Source of the DNA: the human T2T-CHM13v2.0 reference genome, Homo sapiens
Reading direction: 5' to 3' (one strand)
Assembly (NCBI RefSeq): GCF_009914755.1
Contig: NC_060944.1
DNA length: 64,000 bases
Positions 28,565 to 44,624 of this stretch are shown piece by piece (the first letter of the stretch is position 1; each line of letters starts with the position of its first letter). The position numbers and the translations under genes were made by a program. The notes under the pieces are model-generated. The model was not told the origin of the DNA and ran no database searches. It saw only the letters and a program-made list of their open reading frames with translations.

Positions 28565-31500
28565 TCACTGTTAATGTCATTAAGAACTACAGGAACTGGG
28601 CTGTCAAATAATTAAGGTCATAATCTTTATTACATGTGTCTTGGAGTTCTTTGCCCAATTAGACAAACCTTCTTGAAATTATAGGCATTGTTTTTTTGTC
28701 TTTGTTTTTGTTTCTCCTAAAGCAGATGACACAGTGCTGTTTATGTTGGCCAGCACCCAATAAGCAAATAATGGGAAATTGATTATTGATTATTTCCTCA
28801 TTCCCAAGTGAAAAGGAGAAAGGTTAGTATCAATGTATTCTTTGTTTTCTGAGGAAATCGTTGGGAATCCTGGAGGGCTTTATGTGTGGGTCATATAGAA
28901 AATAGTTCTGTATGACAAAAACGATAGTTTTGGTCTCAAAAGCTTGGGCTGAAACCATGGCTCCACCACTCATTAGCTGTGTGATCTTGGGCAAGTTATT
29001 TAACTTCTCTGAGTCTAGTTTCCTTAATGGTAAAATTGGAGGTTACTATACCTGTGTCTCAGGAAGGTCAAGATAAATACTAAAAATATTAGACAAAACA
29101 CGATTGTCTTCACTAAAATCTGTTTGGCCTCTGTACTTGCTTGATAATTTCTGAGTAGAATTCAGTCATGTTGGTAAATTAAAGTTATATCACAGGTATG
29201 GAAAAATGGACCTTAAGTGCTTTAAAATGCAGTTCCGGGTGGGGCGGGGTGGGGGGAACTTTTCAACAGATTTATCACTGAAAGAGCTGCTTTATTGCAA
29301 AGGAGATGAGAAATACAGTATGCACACTCAATCGTTCCACCATTACTACAAATTATAACTTATTAAGGAACTACTATGTGTGTGGCAGACATTGTATTGT
29401 CTCCACCCACACAATAGCGCTGTAAGGTAGGTTTTGTTATTTTCCATTTTATAATGACAAAACCTCACTTTCTTACAGAGTTTAAGCCAGACCTGGGTTG
29501 AATCTGCCCTGTTACATATTACCATTGTTTCCTTGTCCTCACCTATAAAATAGAAATCATAACAGTGTCTCTCACATATTATTATAGTATTATAATTATA
29601 ATAATATTATATAGTTACTGCCCTGTAACTTAAAGTCTAGCTTGCTTCAAGATGCCAGCTTCCTGAGGACAGGAAGACTGTCTGTCTTACCCTCTGCTGT
29701 ATTCCTAGCACCTATAGCTATGCCCAGATCAGTTTAGGTATACCCAAGAAATGTTTGTCAAATAATACTATTGCAAAAATAACAGCGATTAAGTGCCTTA
29801 CTTGTTGTAACTGTACTTGTTCAATTGAGTCTATCTTTCTGTTAAACTTAGCTCCTGGTAAAAAGGTGTGTCTAGTTGCAAATCTTATATATAAAGAAAC
29901 ATTTTCTTTTGTTTTTTTCCTATTTTCAAAATATCTAGTAAAATAGAGATCTGTGTGAGACAGATGTGCACTCTTTAACAGGTTATCTCCACATGAAAAC
30001 AGAGAATTTATTAAATGAATTAATATGTGTAAAATATTTGGGAAGATATAGATGTAGTATAACTACTGATTTAAGAGTCAAGTGAAGCCAGCTAATGAAA
30101 AAATCCATTGATTTTTTTAAATGTTCCAATGGTGCCATACATGTTTCATAATTCAGTTTTAAAATTACATCATCACATAGATACCTATTTTATCCTTTCT
30201 TGCATGATATGACTTGGCTAATACCATCAGAGTGAAAATTGGGGAAATTCCATGACAGGATTATTATTGTTGATTAATTTGGACCCAAAGTATAGTTTGC
30301 TCTGCTCCTATATGTCAAAATCCTGCCTCCACATACCATCTTATTGGTGTTGACTTGGACAGCATTCTGCAGCATGATTGAGCTTAGGATGCATTTTTGC
30401 CAGAGCTTTAATATGAACCAACAAGCATACACCTTGATAGGAAATTGGCACCTAAAGGCACCTGGTGGAAAGTACGTCTGTGGTTAGATGAGTAAACTCC
30501 AGCAGTGAATAGGGATATCCGGTTTTTTGTTTATGAACATAAAGTGGCAAACAAAACAATTACAAGCCAAGAAAAGTCTGGAAGTGTCCTTTCATCTTTG
30601 AGAAAAAAAAAATCAGTTAGCAGAGTACTTACGCAGTCTTTGTGCAGTAGCAATTGCCAAACACCCCTCACAATCCAGATTTTATTACTTGATTTTTCAC
30701 CAACAGAGAACAGCGATGTAACCTCCTTCTGATTTTTGTGCCATATGAAACAGTGGTGTTTACAGTATTGAGGAGGAAGTTTCTCAGAGTTCAGTCCTAT
30801 TGCAGCTTGCATGGAATAATTTGGGATCTTACTTGTTTATGTGAATATTCACAGATTCCTTTAGAATAATGGGACTTTCCATTGAAAAAAATGTAATGTG
30901 AATTTCCAGTGATTTATTGATTTGTTTTATACTCTGTCCAGTTAGAATTCTTTGGAAGTGGAATCAGTCCAGAGACGGTTATTGAGCATCTACTATGTGC
31001 CAGGCACCATTCCTAGCACTAGGGATACAGTGATGGGCAAAGCAGACCAGGCACCTAGCTTTTTGGAGCTCAAATTCTACTGGGGAAGACAGATCACACA
31101 CATGTAAACAAAGAAATAGTATAATTTCAGATAGGCATAAAACTAACATTTGAGCTCAGACTTAAATTGCGGGAAATGGTCAGCTTCACTAACGCCTGGA
31201 GGAAAAGAGGCAGGGGGCCTCTCTCAGCATCTTGAGCTCAAGGTGTAAAGAGAACCACGAAGAGAATAGCACACAGGATGCTGATCAGATGCATAAATAT
31301 ATTTAATATTTATTCTAAAGACAAAGAGGTCATATTCCCTACTCCCATCTCTAAATCTAATTATCAAATGGCTCCCGGTTGGCATGCTTTCATATTGCAG
31401 AGGTGTTTTATTTTTTCAAGATCATTTTGTTTAGTGGCACAGGTGTGAAAGTTAAGAGTCTAAATAGACATGAAGCTCTTAAAATAAGAAATAAACTGAA

Positions 31501-31777
31501 TAACGTCATTAGGATTACCTTCTTTATTTCCACCAGTTCACAGGTGCAACAAGGTTCTATGGGCTAAGCATAAGAAGAATGTAAATGTTGGTCAATTTCT
31601 CAAACACTGCAGATTACATTTAGAAGTTATTTGAAGGCCATTTGATCAGCCAAACACAGCACAGACACCCTTGAGCACCTGCAAGGTTAGAAGCACATGG
31701 CTAGCCTCTGTTCTTGTCCCTGAGGAATCTACTTGCTCTCAAATCATGTGTTTAAAATGAAACAGAGCTGGAGTCTG

Positions 31778-32295
31778 TGTGATGAACTTCCTTGGGTTTT
31801 ACCTGCCCAGCAACCAAGATCTTGTCTTCTGATTGCTGAGTGGTTCACATAGGCTAATCTCACCCTACAAGGCAAAGCCCATGATTTAGGACCAATCCAC
31901 ACATTCCTTCCTCTTGGCTAAAGTTGAGTGCATCCACCTGGGATGAACTCATGTTCCAGGTTAGTCAGATCAGAGTGAATGTGGAGACTTTTGCTGGAGC
32001 AACTAGGAAACAGAAGACTCTTTCCCCTGGGAAGGTTACTTGAGGCCCTTGATTTGCTGGGGCCACCAAGTAGAGAAGGCTGGCCTCACGGCAAAGCCAG
32101 CACAAAGGAGAGCAAAACTAAAAGAGGAGATGGAGGACAGGGAAGAGAAGGGAATGTCAGATCCTCATGCCATCGTTCAGGGCCATTCATCCATCTCTGG
32201 ATTTCCTGTACATGAGCCAACAAATTCCTCATGTTGCTTATTCCACTTTGATCTGAGTTTCTCCTCTTGCGATTTGAAGAATACTGACTGATATA
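31778..32295 (+). mobile_element. Old MaLR LTR (MLT1K/L-like)
   Basis: End motif gaagaatactgactgata and internal MLT motifs. Confidence 0.5.
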
Positions 32296-33319
32296 GTCAT
32301 TCTAACCTATATATTGCTATTTGGATTTTATTTATTTTTAATTATAAGAAACATCATCCGGGACTAGGAAAGGGTATAATCTTTCTGGCCTCAAGCAATT
32401 TAATGGAGCATAATTATGCATGGACCTAGCTAGAGATCCCAGTCCTGAAATCAACAGTATTTTATTTCTTTATTTTTGTTCATTTTACATAGATGTTCTA
32501 TCCAGTATGCTTTTCAAAAATATATTTAATTGTTGGTTCGGAGGCATAATGTGGTGGCTACACACGTGGGCTCCAGATTAGGTTGCCACCTTCATTTTTT
32601 CACTTTTCAGCTGTGTGAGCCTCTCTGAAGATTCTTTTTTAAATTGGGGGAAGCAATATTTACCTCGTAGCGTTATTGTAAGGATTAAGTAGGATAATAT
32701 AAGTCAGTTACTTAGCACAGTGCTGGCAGAGGGTAGGCTCTTATTTAAATTAGCTCTTATTATTATTCAATTGATAATATATGGCCCATCTGATGTCACG
32801 TGCTTTAATCTGGTATTATTTGTGTTTATCACATATGCTTCCTTCACAAATCAACCACAAGCTATCTGTTACTTTGTCTTTCCCTTTAGGTATCTCTATT
32901 GGAGATGAACACATGTTCAATACACGTGGCCTGCCTGAGTCATTAGCAAAGTGTCCAACAACTCTGAGGTACTGAAAAATGAAATGACTAGTTAACGTAG
33001 ATTGAGAGTCCACATGCCAGTCACATCTCGTCTCACTTAAATCTCCCACCAAACTTCTAAAAAAGATGCAGCCGAGATCATGAAACTCAGGAGGACACCA
33101 AGTCACACAGCACTCAGTTGTGATTTGAACCCCCGGGGATCCCTGACTCCTGAGCCATCACCCTTGTTCACATTGAGACTGCCTGTATCCCTGCCTTTCC
33201 ACAAAGAATATTCATAACTTGTAGGGCTTAAAATGCGCGCCCATGACTTGGATATGAAAAAGAATAACTATTTTCTATGACTGGCTTCATCTGGCTGTGT
33301 AACCCCTATTCCTGTTGTG

Positions 33320-34580
33320 CCACCCTTGGGTAAATACTTTGGAGTAGAATAGCTGGCTCCTCTTGTGGTTGGGTGTTTAGCTGTTTAAGAAACTGTTGAG
33401 CTGTTTCCCAATGTGATTGTACCTTTTCACATTCCTACCAGCAGCATAGGAAAGTTCTGATCCCTCTACATCCTCCCCAACACTCCTTGTGATCTTCTAA
33501 ATTTTAGCCATTCTATTAGGTGCAGAGTTCTATTTATTGAGTCAGTTTTTATGTTGTGATTTTTCAGGAAATCTGTCCATTTTTTTCTAAGACATTGAAT
33601 CATTGACATATAATTGCTTATCATATGTCTTTATTATCTTTTTAATGTCTGTTAAAGCTGTAATTATATCCCCTCTGTTATTCCTGATATTGTTTTTGTT
33701 TGTATGTGTTTCTCTTTTCTTTTTTTCTTTCATTAGTCTTACCTGGGGTTTATCTATTATAGTCATCTTTTCAAAGATCCGACTTTATGAAATTTCTCTT
33801 TGTTTACTATTTCATAGATTTTTGCTATGATATTTATTACTTCACTTGTTCATTCTGTTTTGCTCTTAAGCTCCCAGTATTTGGACACTGTTATGGATAT
33901 CTTATCTTGTATGGTTATTGATTTCCAATTTAATTCCAGTGTAACTGGAGAACATACTCTTAAAGCTTTTAATCTTTTAAAATATATTGAGACTTATTTT
34001 TTCGATCCAGCACTTAGTTTATCTGGGGGAATATGCCACTGAGCACTGAAAATGAAAATGTATTTTGCAGTTGTTGAGTGTAGTGTTCTACAATTATCAA
34101 CTGGGTTGTTTTCCATTTATTCCTTCTGTTGTTGTTGGTACTACTGCTGTTAGAATATTGCTCTATTCTTGCCTTTTTGGAGGGGGTTAATCAAATCTTT
34201 AAGCATTCCATTTTATTTATTTGATTGTCTTCTTTGCTATAACTCTTATTTGTTTATTTTTGGTTGTCTAGGGCAAATAATTTGCATTCAGAATGTATCA
34301 AAGTCCATTTAGAGTCAAAAGATGTCATGGCCTTCAACAGTACAATTCTAGTTATGCATCCCATTTTTTTGTGTGTTCTTGTTATTATATCCTTTACTTC
34401 TACTTACGTTATAGATTCCAGCTTACAATGCTGTGAATTTTGCTTTAGTCCTTTTAAGAAAATTACAGGAATTACAGGAAGCATAACTTTTTATGTTTAG
34501 CCATTTATTGAACCTTTCTGGTGCTGCTCCCTCCCACTGAAGATCCACTTGATCTTTCTTTCAGCCAGAAGAACATCTGT
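33320..34580 (-). mobile_element. Old L1M fragments
   Basis: cattcctaccagcagcatag, T-rich antisense L1-like sequence. Confidence 0.55.
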
Positions 34581-35339
34581 TAGCCTTTCTGGGACTCTCG
34601 TCTGCTTTTTCACTTAATCCAGCAGTTTGGGAACAGCATCAGGCCTCTTGTTTTGTTTCCGGTTGCATCCTCTTAACAGCATGCTCTAAGGGTGCTTTAT
34701 CCAATATTGTAAAAGGAAACTAAAGCAAGATTTGTTTTGAGGATTGCTTGGTGCCCCTTTAAAAAAATTAGACACCAACCCAGGAAAAGAGTTGGAAAAA
34801 AGTACCCCAAAATTTTCCCATTTACCTAGGCTGTCTTTAAGACCAATATCAGTCACCAGCAATTACCTTTTGTTCCCAGACAGGAAAATTGAATGACTGC
34901 ATCAACGCTAAAAAGCTTGGATTGAATCAGACACTTTCCTCAGAAGTGAAAAATACCTGACCACAAGCCCTAGTTAATTTAAGGCCATTTAGATGGTGAC
35001 TCCAGGAGAATTCCAACTCAGTGCCCCAAGATTTCTCAGGGACTTGGATTTCTCCCTAACCTACTGGAAAAGAATTTGTCATCAGCAAAGCTCTTCCGTA
35101 GAGAAACTTGAGATAAAATGGGTCTTTCAACAGGGCTGTGATTGTGTGAAGGGATATAAACTGGCAAGAATTGTGCTCCTCATTCTTGATGGAAGGTTAA
35201 CATGATTAGGATCTCCAGAAGTCTCATATAGCAAGATTAAATTCTATTTTGCATACTGAAGTCTCAGATACTCAAATTTCCACTAGCATGTTAGATTCTC
35301 AGTGTGCTCCCTTTATGTGGGAAATCTGTAACAACCACA

Positions 35340-35590
35340 AGGCACACTCAATCCTTCCTCAGGCATAGGCACACCCAGACCCACCCACATGCGCACACAC
35401 CCATACGTCCACACGTGCACCCAGGCACCCGTGCTGCATGCCCTCACATGCACAGCCCCACATGCAAGCACACCTCCATGCAACTTTCCTCACCAACACG
35501 AACATGCACCCACATTACACACCCATATCTATTCCCCCACATGCACCTCTTCCCACAGACACATCTTCCACACATGCATGCCCCCCGCAC
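35340..35590. repeat. Degenerate CA-rich low-complexity tract
   Basis: Seen directly. Confidence 0.8.
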
Positions 35591-37577
35591 TTGTGATTTA
35601 ATGGCACATATGATTCAGAATGTCTGTGAAGCCATTTCCAACCTGTTTTTGTAATAACCTGTGCTTCTCAGTCCAAAAGATAGTGGAACGTATGTTTCCA
35701 GGAAAATATGAAACAGGAATTTCTCAATCTCCTAGCAGCATCCCCACCCTGCTGTACTAATATTAGTCCATGTTGCCAATAGCAGCAGCCCATGTCAGAC
35801 TGGCTGCCTCTCCTCCCCACCTAATCCCCACTTTTCTTGTTTGTAATTGAAGAACAACCGACTGTATCTCATGCTCGGGCTGACCAATGAGTAAGCAAAA
35901 GTGTTATGCGGGGAGACAGCCTTCTAATTCTGCAGACATTATTAAAATAATCCAACACAGGTACCTGTGCAATCAATTTTCAGTTTCTAGGATGAGAGAT
36001 ATGTCACCTTGCCTTCAAAAGGCCAAACCTGGCTCGCTTCATTGGCTCCCTTCTCAATGTCTGATACAGGATCCAAAAAGGTCTATGCATCCTGTGGCAA
36101 GAAGGTGGCATCCTCACAATCTGGGACCTGACTCTGGTGAAAAGTGTTGTTTAGGGAACAGATGCTTGATCTTTTTACTTTCGCTGCTCGCCACCCTTTA
36201 AGAGGAAAATCTTCCCCAAATCTCTCTTCAAATCAAATGCCGGATGTCAATGGTTCTAAACTAAAGCTGAGCCCCTAGAATCACCTGGGCAGTGTTTTGT
36301 TTTATTAATGCTGATTTCTAGCCCCTACCTGAGACCTACTCCATGAGACTGTCTGGAGTCTCTATGAGCCAGAATTTGGTTAAAGTTACCTGGGAAATCG
36401 AGGGGAAGCCAGGTTTGGGAATCACTGGCCAATATGGTGATGCCTGTCTAGAGCCTGGACTTCACAACCCAGTGATGTCAACCACACTTATTCCACCCAT
36501 CGTGCCTCGAGATGTGGGTCCACGTGCAGGGGGGGCCTCTGTGCATGGTGGTCAGAGAGCTCGCCATCCCTCTTTGTGTGCTCTTACCCAGCTCTCCAGG
36601 CAGTCAAGGGCTAAAGGGAGAGGTAGGTGGGAGCTCCCTTGAGCAGAGGGGCCTTTGTAGGGTGATGGAGGCTCAAGAGGGAATTTCCTGCCCTGTTCTG
36701 GAGCTTGGGCCCCCAGTCCTGCCTGAAGTCCCAGGGTCCACAGTGGCACAGATAGAGACAGCTTTCCGGACCTTGGAGAAGAATCTCAGTAATAACCGGG
36801 GGCAGGGCGGGGTGCTAATTACCAAAGGACACTCACTCCCTACAGAGTTCTCCTCCCGAACACAACTTGATGGAAGGTAAACACCCACACAGGACATTTA
36901 AATAATGCCCAAGCCGGAATGCGTTGATAACCAGTGGCGTGGACATTCGGCAGCTTTCCATTTCCAGAACATACTCGACTGTGGAGAAAAGACGATGGTA
37001 GCTACCTGAGGGCCTTAGCATTTGAGCCCTGGTAGGTGAGGGAATCTGTCAGAGTGAATAATAAACTCAGTACTCCCAAAGACCACAGCCTCCCTTAATG
37101 GTGTACTCCATAAACCCTCCTGATTTTTTTGCAAGAATTCCACTTGCTCTCTAGTTCTGCTACTTACATTTTCCATAGGTAGTGGTTAAGACCAGAATGA
37201 GAGAAACCTGCTTTTAAGGTATGAGACTGGGCAAGTGAGCCCATCTTTCTTAGACACAATTTTGGCTTCTGTGAAATGGCTGTACTTACTTCATAGAATT
37301 GCTTCAGGAATTAAATAAGATCATGAATATAAAGCATGAATATACAGCATCAATAAATATTGGCACATAAATATCAGTAAATTACTAATGGTAAATTACT
37401 AAAAATTAAATTAACTGAAGCCAGAGAAAAGGGAATTCCTTAGTTTCATAAGAAATGTTTATGGTAGATGTTTTGAGAAGGTTAATTTGTGGTGGAAATT
37501 TTGGCCAGGTGGCATTTTTATATGTATAATTTTATACCATAATTATATGTATATGTCTTTAGAACCCTCCATCATGA

Positions 37578-37936
<359 letters not shown>

Positions 37937-40900
37937 TAATATCTTGAAAAGCATGCACCTAGAAGCAACTTCCAAGGGTCACAGCCACCTGGTTAGCTTT
38001 AGAGAAAAAAGTGCCTAAGGTGTTACATTTTCAAGGATGTTTGAAGAATGTGAGTGGAATTTTCTATGCAGTTTCACAGGGAGAGCAATTATTTGGGTGT
38101 CCTTCAGAATTCAACACTACATCTCTCTCAGTCCATCCTAATTTAAGGCACTTTCCCTGCTACATAACTTCATTCATGTTAGTTCTGCTTCTAGTGGAAA
38201 TGGGGAATTCATATATAATAGTATTTCTAATGTTTAGGTTTAATTTTTTAAAGTTGTGAATTTCCAAGCTCTCACCATCTCCTTGGATCTTCACAAGTCA
38301 TGAGATATATACCAGGTTGACCACCATTTTACAAATAAGAAAATTCTGAGAGCAGAGAATTTAAATCCTGTCTTTATTCAGCTCTTACCATAATCCCCCA
38401 TTTTCCATCTTGAGTATAGTGTCTTTCCATACCTTTGTTGATTATTGAGTTTTCCTTACATTTAGATGACAAATACGACTCCAAAATACACATTTATCTT
38501 GAGTCCTTCGCTGACCAACATTTGAACCTACAGTATTTAGAGAAATCCTAAAACAGACATTTGCACTAATTCCAGAAGCTGAAGGGGCTCAAAACTCCGG
38601 GCTCTCAGCTCTCCAGTGGCTAGAGATCATGTGACTAACCTCAGCCAATCCCATGCTCTGTCTGGAGGTGTTCAGTGTGCAAAGAAACATTGCAGACTTC
38701 AGATACATTTGGTGGCAGCAGCCACAGAATTCAGCGTCCAATGCCAGCAGTCTGTTATTGCTTGTAATAGTGTCCATGAATATGAATCAAACCAGACTTT
38801 CCCTTTGGTATAATTTTGGCCACAGTTTGGCTGCCTAATTTCCCTAGATGCCTGCTTATTTATTCAGGCCTGGTTGTCCAGCCTTCTTATCAATTCTACG
38901 GACTCCCCAATATCCATCAACAAATTCCATTGCTGCATAACCACGAAAGACATCTGTTCTTCATAAACAAGAAATGCGGCCATCGCAACCACATGATAAA
39001 TAAAAGAGGCGGTATTCTTCCCAGATGTTTCAGGGCATCTTCTCTTAAACCTTCAGAGGGTCCTGAGCTGCTCATTTCCGGGACTTGCTGAGCCCTGACA
39101 GTAAACAGACTTTTAACAAAGACTCGCTAAATGTTCAGATTTTTTTTTTTTAAATTAATAAGAGAATGGTCCATTTTCTTTTCAAATCTTAACACAGAGC
39201 TGGCAGGATGTCCCCCATAGAGTTCAGAGTCAGAAGTTGTTTTTGATGCGCCGACATTCCGTTTGTGATAGTCTTGCCTCTATCCGGCACTTCTTAGGCC
39301 TCATCTCCTTGGCCTGGTTTGTGCAGTGGTTAAAAGGGGTTGATTTAATCCAGACCACCTGAGTTTAAATCTAACTTTCCAGCTTTCTGGCTACACAACC
39401 TTGGGCAAATTGCTCAGTATCTCTGTGTCTGTTTCTTCATCTATAAAATATACAGATTTTGATAATACCTACGTCCTAAGGCTATGAAAATGGTTAAATG
39501 AGTTAATTCATATAAAGCATGTAGAACAGTGCCTGGCTGGTAGTAAATACACTGTAAATGTCGTCTATTAACATATTATCCTCACCTCTGATGCATACTT
39601 GCTCACTTACCTTTTCTTTTCTCAAAACCAGCTCTCATAAAATAATGTGAAATTCCTTATTGATCTCATTCAAAATCTGTTTCTCTCACAGGCGTATCCT
39701 CAAATGAAGCCTTGTCTCTGTGAAATTCCTGGTAAGAGAAGTTGAGGCATCAATAGTGGATCAGGAGGTATTTTTAGGGGAAGAGGAGTCTCAGTATTCA
39801 TGGAACTCAATGAGACCTCCACCTACACAAGGCCAAGGCTGCATATGGATGTAGAGAAATAAAACTCAGATGTTGAAAAGTATCTGAAGAGATGATAGCA
39901 AAGGGAAATTATCTTTTATCTTTCAGATAAATCGTCATTTTATGGAATGCCACAGGAAGAAGTTTTCTTTACAAGTTCTGAAGACTTGTGATGAATGAGT
40001 CCATAGTTTCACCTTTGAAAATGTCCCTGGGAGTGTCAACCCCATCACTTTTACTTATATTACACTCACAATCAGTTCATCTTGCCAAGAAAAATAATAT
40101 TATCCTCATGCCCAAACTTGTGACTTGATTTGAAAACCAGTAAATCAGAAATAAAACTTCCCATGTGTTTTTTTCCTACATGAATCCAAGTGACTCAGAT
40201 ATTGTGTTATTCAATAAGACTATTACCATGACTCAGGTAAAAGGGCCGTTTATATTTTCTGAAGTCTCAAGTCTAGGGTCCAAAATAAAACTAGCATCTT
40301 TTATAGAATAATTTTTCTCTAAAATGAAATGTGTATGTCACCTGGTTGTCAAAATCCTTATTTAAGTCTTTAAGGAGAAAAGCAATGGTTTGGAGAGTGG
40401 ACTTAAGCAATTGAATCTTGGATTCAAATCATAGCTCCAGATTGTATCAGCCTCTATAACTATGAGCAGGTGGCATTACCTTTCCCAGTCTTGGCTTTCT
40501 TATTGGTGAAAGAAAAAAAAGAGAATATTACCAGTCTTGAAATGTTGTTGCGTGTATTCCTACTTAGCAGGGTGCCTGGCACATATATGCAGGTAATATA
40601 AGGCTCTGCTTCGCTTCTGGCCAAAACTTCCTGGCACAGGAGGACATGGTTCTCAGATGTGAGAACATGTTCTGTCTTCTGCAGGAAACCAGAAGGGGTT
40701 CTCCCTTCTTTGATTGCAGGAGGAAAGAATTCTAATGGAATCCATATGTTCTTTGGCCCCATTTAAAACTCCACACTCTGGAAAAGTAGATGGTGTCCTG
40801 GAGTGAATCCCAAAGTCAGGCCCACTGGAAAGGGTCACTGGGCTTTCTCCTGCTTCAGTGGCCTGGGATTTTAAAAGTTGGAAAAGTTTATCCATACAAC

Positions 40901-41136
40901 TTTATTGGAAATGATTGTTTTTTATTCTATTCTTGCCCTTTTATGGTATAAAGTCTTTGCTTTTATGTTGTTAATTTTAGATTTAGGCTTCTTTGATTTC
41001 ATTCACTTCCTTAACAAAGTAAAAAGTTGGCAACTCTTTGAAGTTGCTGCAACCATATTCCCAACTACAGCATCCTTCTATGAGCCTCTGCTCTCTTAAT
41101 GGGTATAGCCCAAGGGCTAGAAATAGACCAATTCTT

Positions 41137-41781
<645 letters not shown>

Positions 41782-42160
41782 CCAGGAAATTTATAACTAG
41801 GACAATAAATGAAGGCACAAGAGACCAATCCCAGTTGTTCTATCCTCTACTATTCTGTCAACCAACTTTCAAGAAACTAACATTCGTGACATTTATAAGA
41901 TGGTGGCCTCTGCTGCATGCCAATCTTGTGAAGTACACACAGGGGCATGCCAGGTATAAGACAGTAATTACAGTCTCCAACACAGAACTTCCCGGAATGG
42001 AATCACGGCTCAAAGAATCCCACAAGGAAAGACAAGCAAGTGAGCGTGAAAAGCCAGATGTGAAAGGCAGCAGAAATGCTTCACGTGAAGTAAGTAACTT
42101 ATGGAAGCTCTAGAAAAGCAGGAAGGGATTAAACATGCATTGATTACGATATGCTAAATG

Positions 42161-42297
42161 GGCTGGGCGTGGTGGCTCACGCCTGTAATCCCAGCACTTT
42201 GGGAGGCCAAGGCGGGCAGGTCACGAGGTCAGGAGATCGAGACCATCCTGGCTAACACAGTGAAACCCCATCTCTACTGAAAATACAAAAAATCAGC
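42161..42297 (+). mobile_element. AluY/Sc-type left arm only
   Basis: gagatcgagaccatcctggctaacac diagnostic; ends at the A-rich linker. Confidence 0.85.
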
Positions 42298-44624
42298 CTT
42301 TTACTCCTAAGCACTGATTTGGGATTTGAGAAAAATTTTACAAAAAATCAGACTTTTACTCCTAAGCACTGATTTGGGATTTGAGAAAAATCCAGCTCAT
42401 CCGTCTGATCTGGCCTCTTGATCTCAGAAGCTAGGGGAGACCATTTTTGCTCCACACATAACTAAAGCCAATAGAGGAAGGTGGTTTGCAGAGGTAAAGA
42501 GGATTGAAGCAGTTGAGCAGACAGCACAGAGGAGAAATGAGGCAAAGGTCTGATGTCCTAATGGTTTCCATCTGCAATCTCTTCCAAAGGCACTTTCTGA
42601 TCAAGTAGCAATTTGGACTTTTTTTAGTTGTAAGCAACAGAAACTGGCCCGGCTATCCTCATCCATAAAGATTGTATTGCATTCAAAGGCTTGCAAAAGT
42701 GTGGCTAGATGATCAAGCTTGGGGTGTGGGGAGGATTCCAAAACGGAAACCCACCACTGATGCATGGCCAGAACCCCCCACCAGAGGATCCTGCTGTGAA
42801 GAATTAAGAGCCGTGGATCCATCGACGCCAGGTCATCTACCCACCCTCTGGCTGCTGGCAGTGGGAAGAGCGAGTTGGTGCCCTTCCACTTCTGTAGTTG
42901 ATACTGGGGTCCTGATTGCTACCGGGGTGCTCTGGTTATATATCACACTCCAGACTTGGTGGTGTGAAACAATAACAGTCTTTTATTATTATCATACCTC
43001 ATCATGCTGGGAGATGACTCTCATCTCCTCACTGAGGTTTCCTGTGCAGTTGCAGAGAGTTGGTGACCGGGGCTAGATTCACCTTAAGGCTTCCTCACTC
43101 AAGTCTGGCAGTTGATACTGGCTGAGAGCTGGGGTCTCAGCAGGGACCATTGATTGGAACACTGCTGGGTGCCTGGACTTCCTTGCAGCACAAAAGGTGG
43201 GCACCAAGGGTTAATGCCCCCAGAGAGAACAAGGTAAAACTAGATTACCTCTTCTAGCCCAACCTTGGAAGTCATATGGCAACTTCTGCTTCTGCTGCAC
43301 TTTTTTGGTTAGAGGGGACTCACCAGATAAGTCCATATTCAAAGGAAGGGAAGTAGGCTTTTGATGGGAGGATATCAAAGAATTTGCAGAAATGTTTTAA
43401 AAGTACAATTGCCTCAACACGAAGGAATCTACTTGATTTCCTAAAACTAGAATCCTGGTTGCTAAAGGTTCCATAAGACACCCCATATATTGCTTAGCAA
43501 ATCACCATTCATTGTTTAAAGTAGTTCAAATTAGTTTCAATTTCTTGCAGGCAAAGACACCCAACGGAAGCATTGGATTCCAAGACATTGAATTCCTTGA
43601 AAGGAGAGATTTAAAAGTACCTAGAATACAACCTTCCATATGACATTTATTAAAATTGGACAACTATACTTTGAGAAAATGATTGATATGAATTACAGTG
43701 TGATTGACCTATGGTCTCAGATCCAAACCGTAAACCCTACACATTCCCACGGCTAATCGTTTTAGGAATAGACCAATCCCCAGATAGTAAGTGAAGACTC
43801 AATGGATTTTGGAAGTCAGTTTGGCACAAAGACCCTGGAACAGCTTCCGGGGCTAGAGGTGGAGTTTCCTGTTGCTGAGGTGGAAGATCACGAGACAATC
43901 AAGAAACATGCCTCTTCCATGGCTTGAGGTCAAGTTTAAGCTTGCTCAGTATCTGTTACTCTCTGATTGAACTTCCCTTTAATTCTCCCATCAGCCAAGC
44001 TTTGTCTCTGAGGTCTTATAGGAAGTTTTTGGCAAAGTGGCAGAGGTGGTGAAGGACATCATGAAAAACCTGGAGCCAATGAAGCAGAAAGACTTATTCT
44101 GGAATACATGGTGTGGCATCCTAGAAAACTCTAGATATGACAGGTAAAAACCTGTGGAGGGAAGAGCGTGTTAACATTCAACATTGAAGTAAGTTAACCT
44201 CAACGAATGGTTGTTTGGTTGACAAAAAATAGACCCAAACAGAGTGATATTCAGCCAGTATCATTCAAATACCTGTGGGTTATCTGAACAACATTCTTGC
44301 TTTCAATTTCTTAATGCTCAAATTGCTTAGACATTTTTTCTTTCCCAAACAGGTGGGTAAATCTAACTTTTTTGGTGTCTCTCTTGGACATCCCAGTTAA
44401 TGCTGATAGTTAAATTTATACTAGACAATCCCATAGGAAGCTGCCCCTCAGAGATCCGCCTGCTTCCTGGAGACACTTCTGACATTCTTCAAAATTGCCA
44501 GATAACATTTGAATAGCTCTGCGTTAGAATAGCCAATAACCCCTGCATTAGAATAGCCAATGTAATCACTGATTCTTCAGCTGCACTCCAGAGCCTTAGG
44601 GAATAAGTTGCATGAAAAATTTTA

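Noticed and set aside
40191-40235. Two AP-1 (TGACTCA) sites 38 bp apart
   Set aside because: The heptamer is expected about 8 times per window by chance; no other support.
44523-44561. Duplicated ttagaatagccaat (two CCAAT boxes)
   Set aside because: Ordinary short slippage duplication with no promoter context; similar micro-duplications occur at ~22180 and ~37325-37400.
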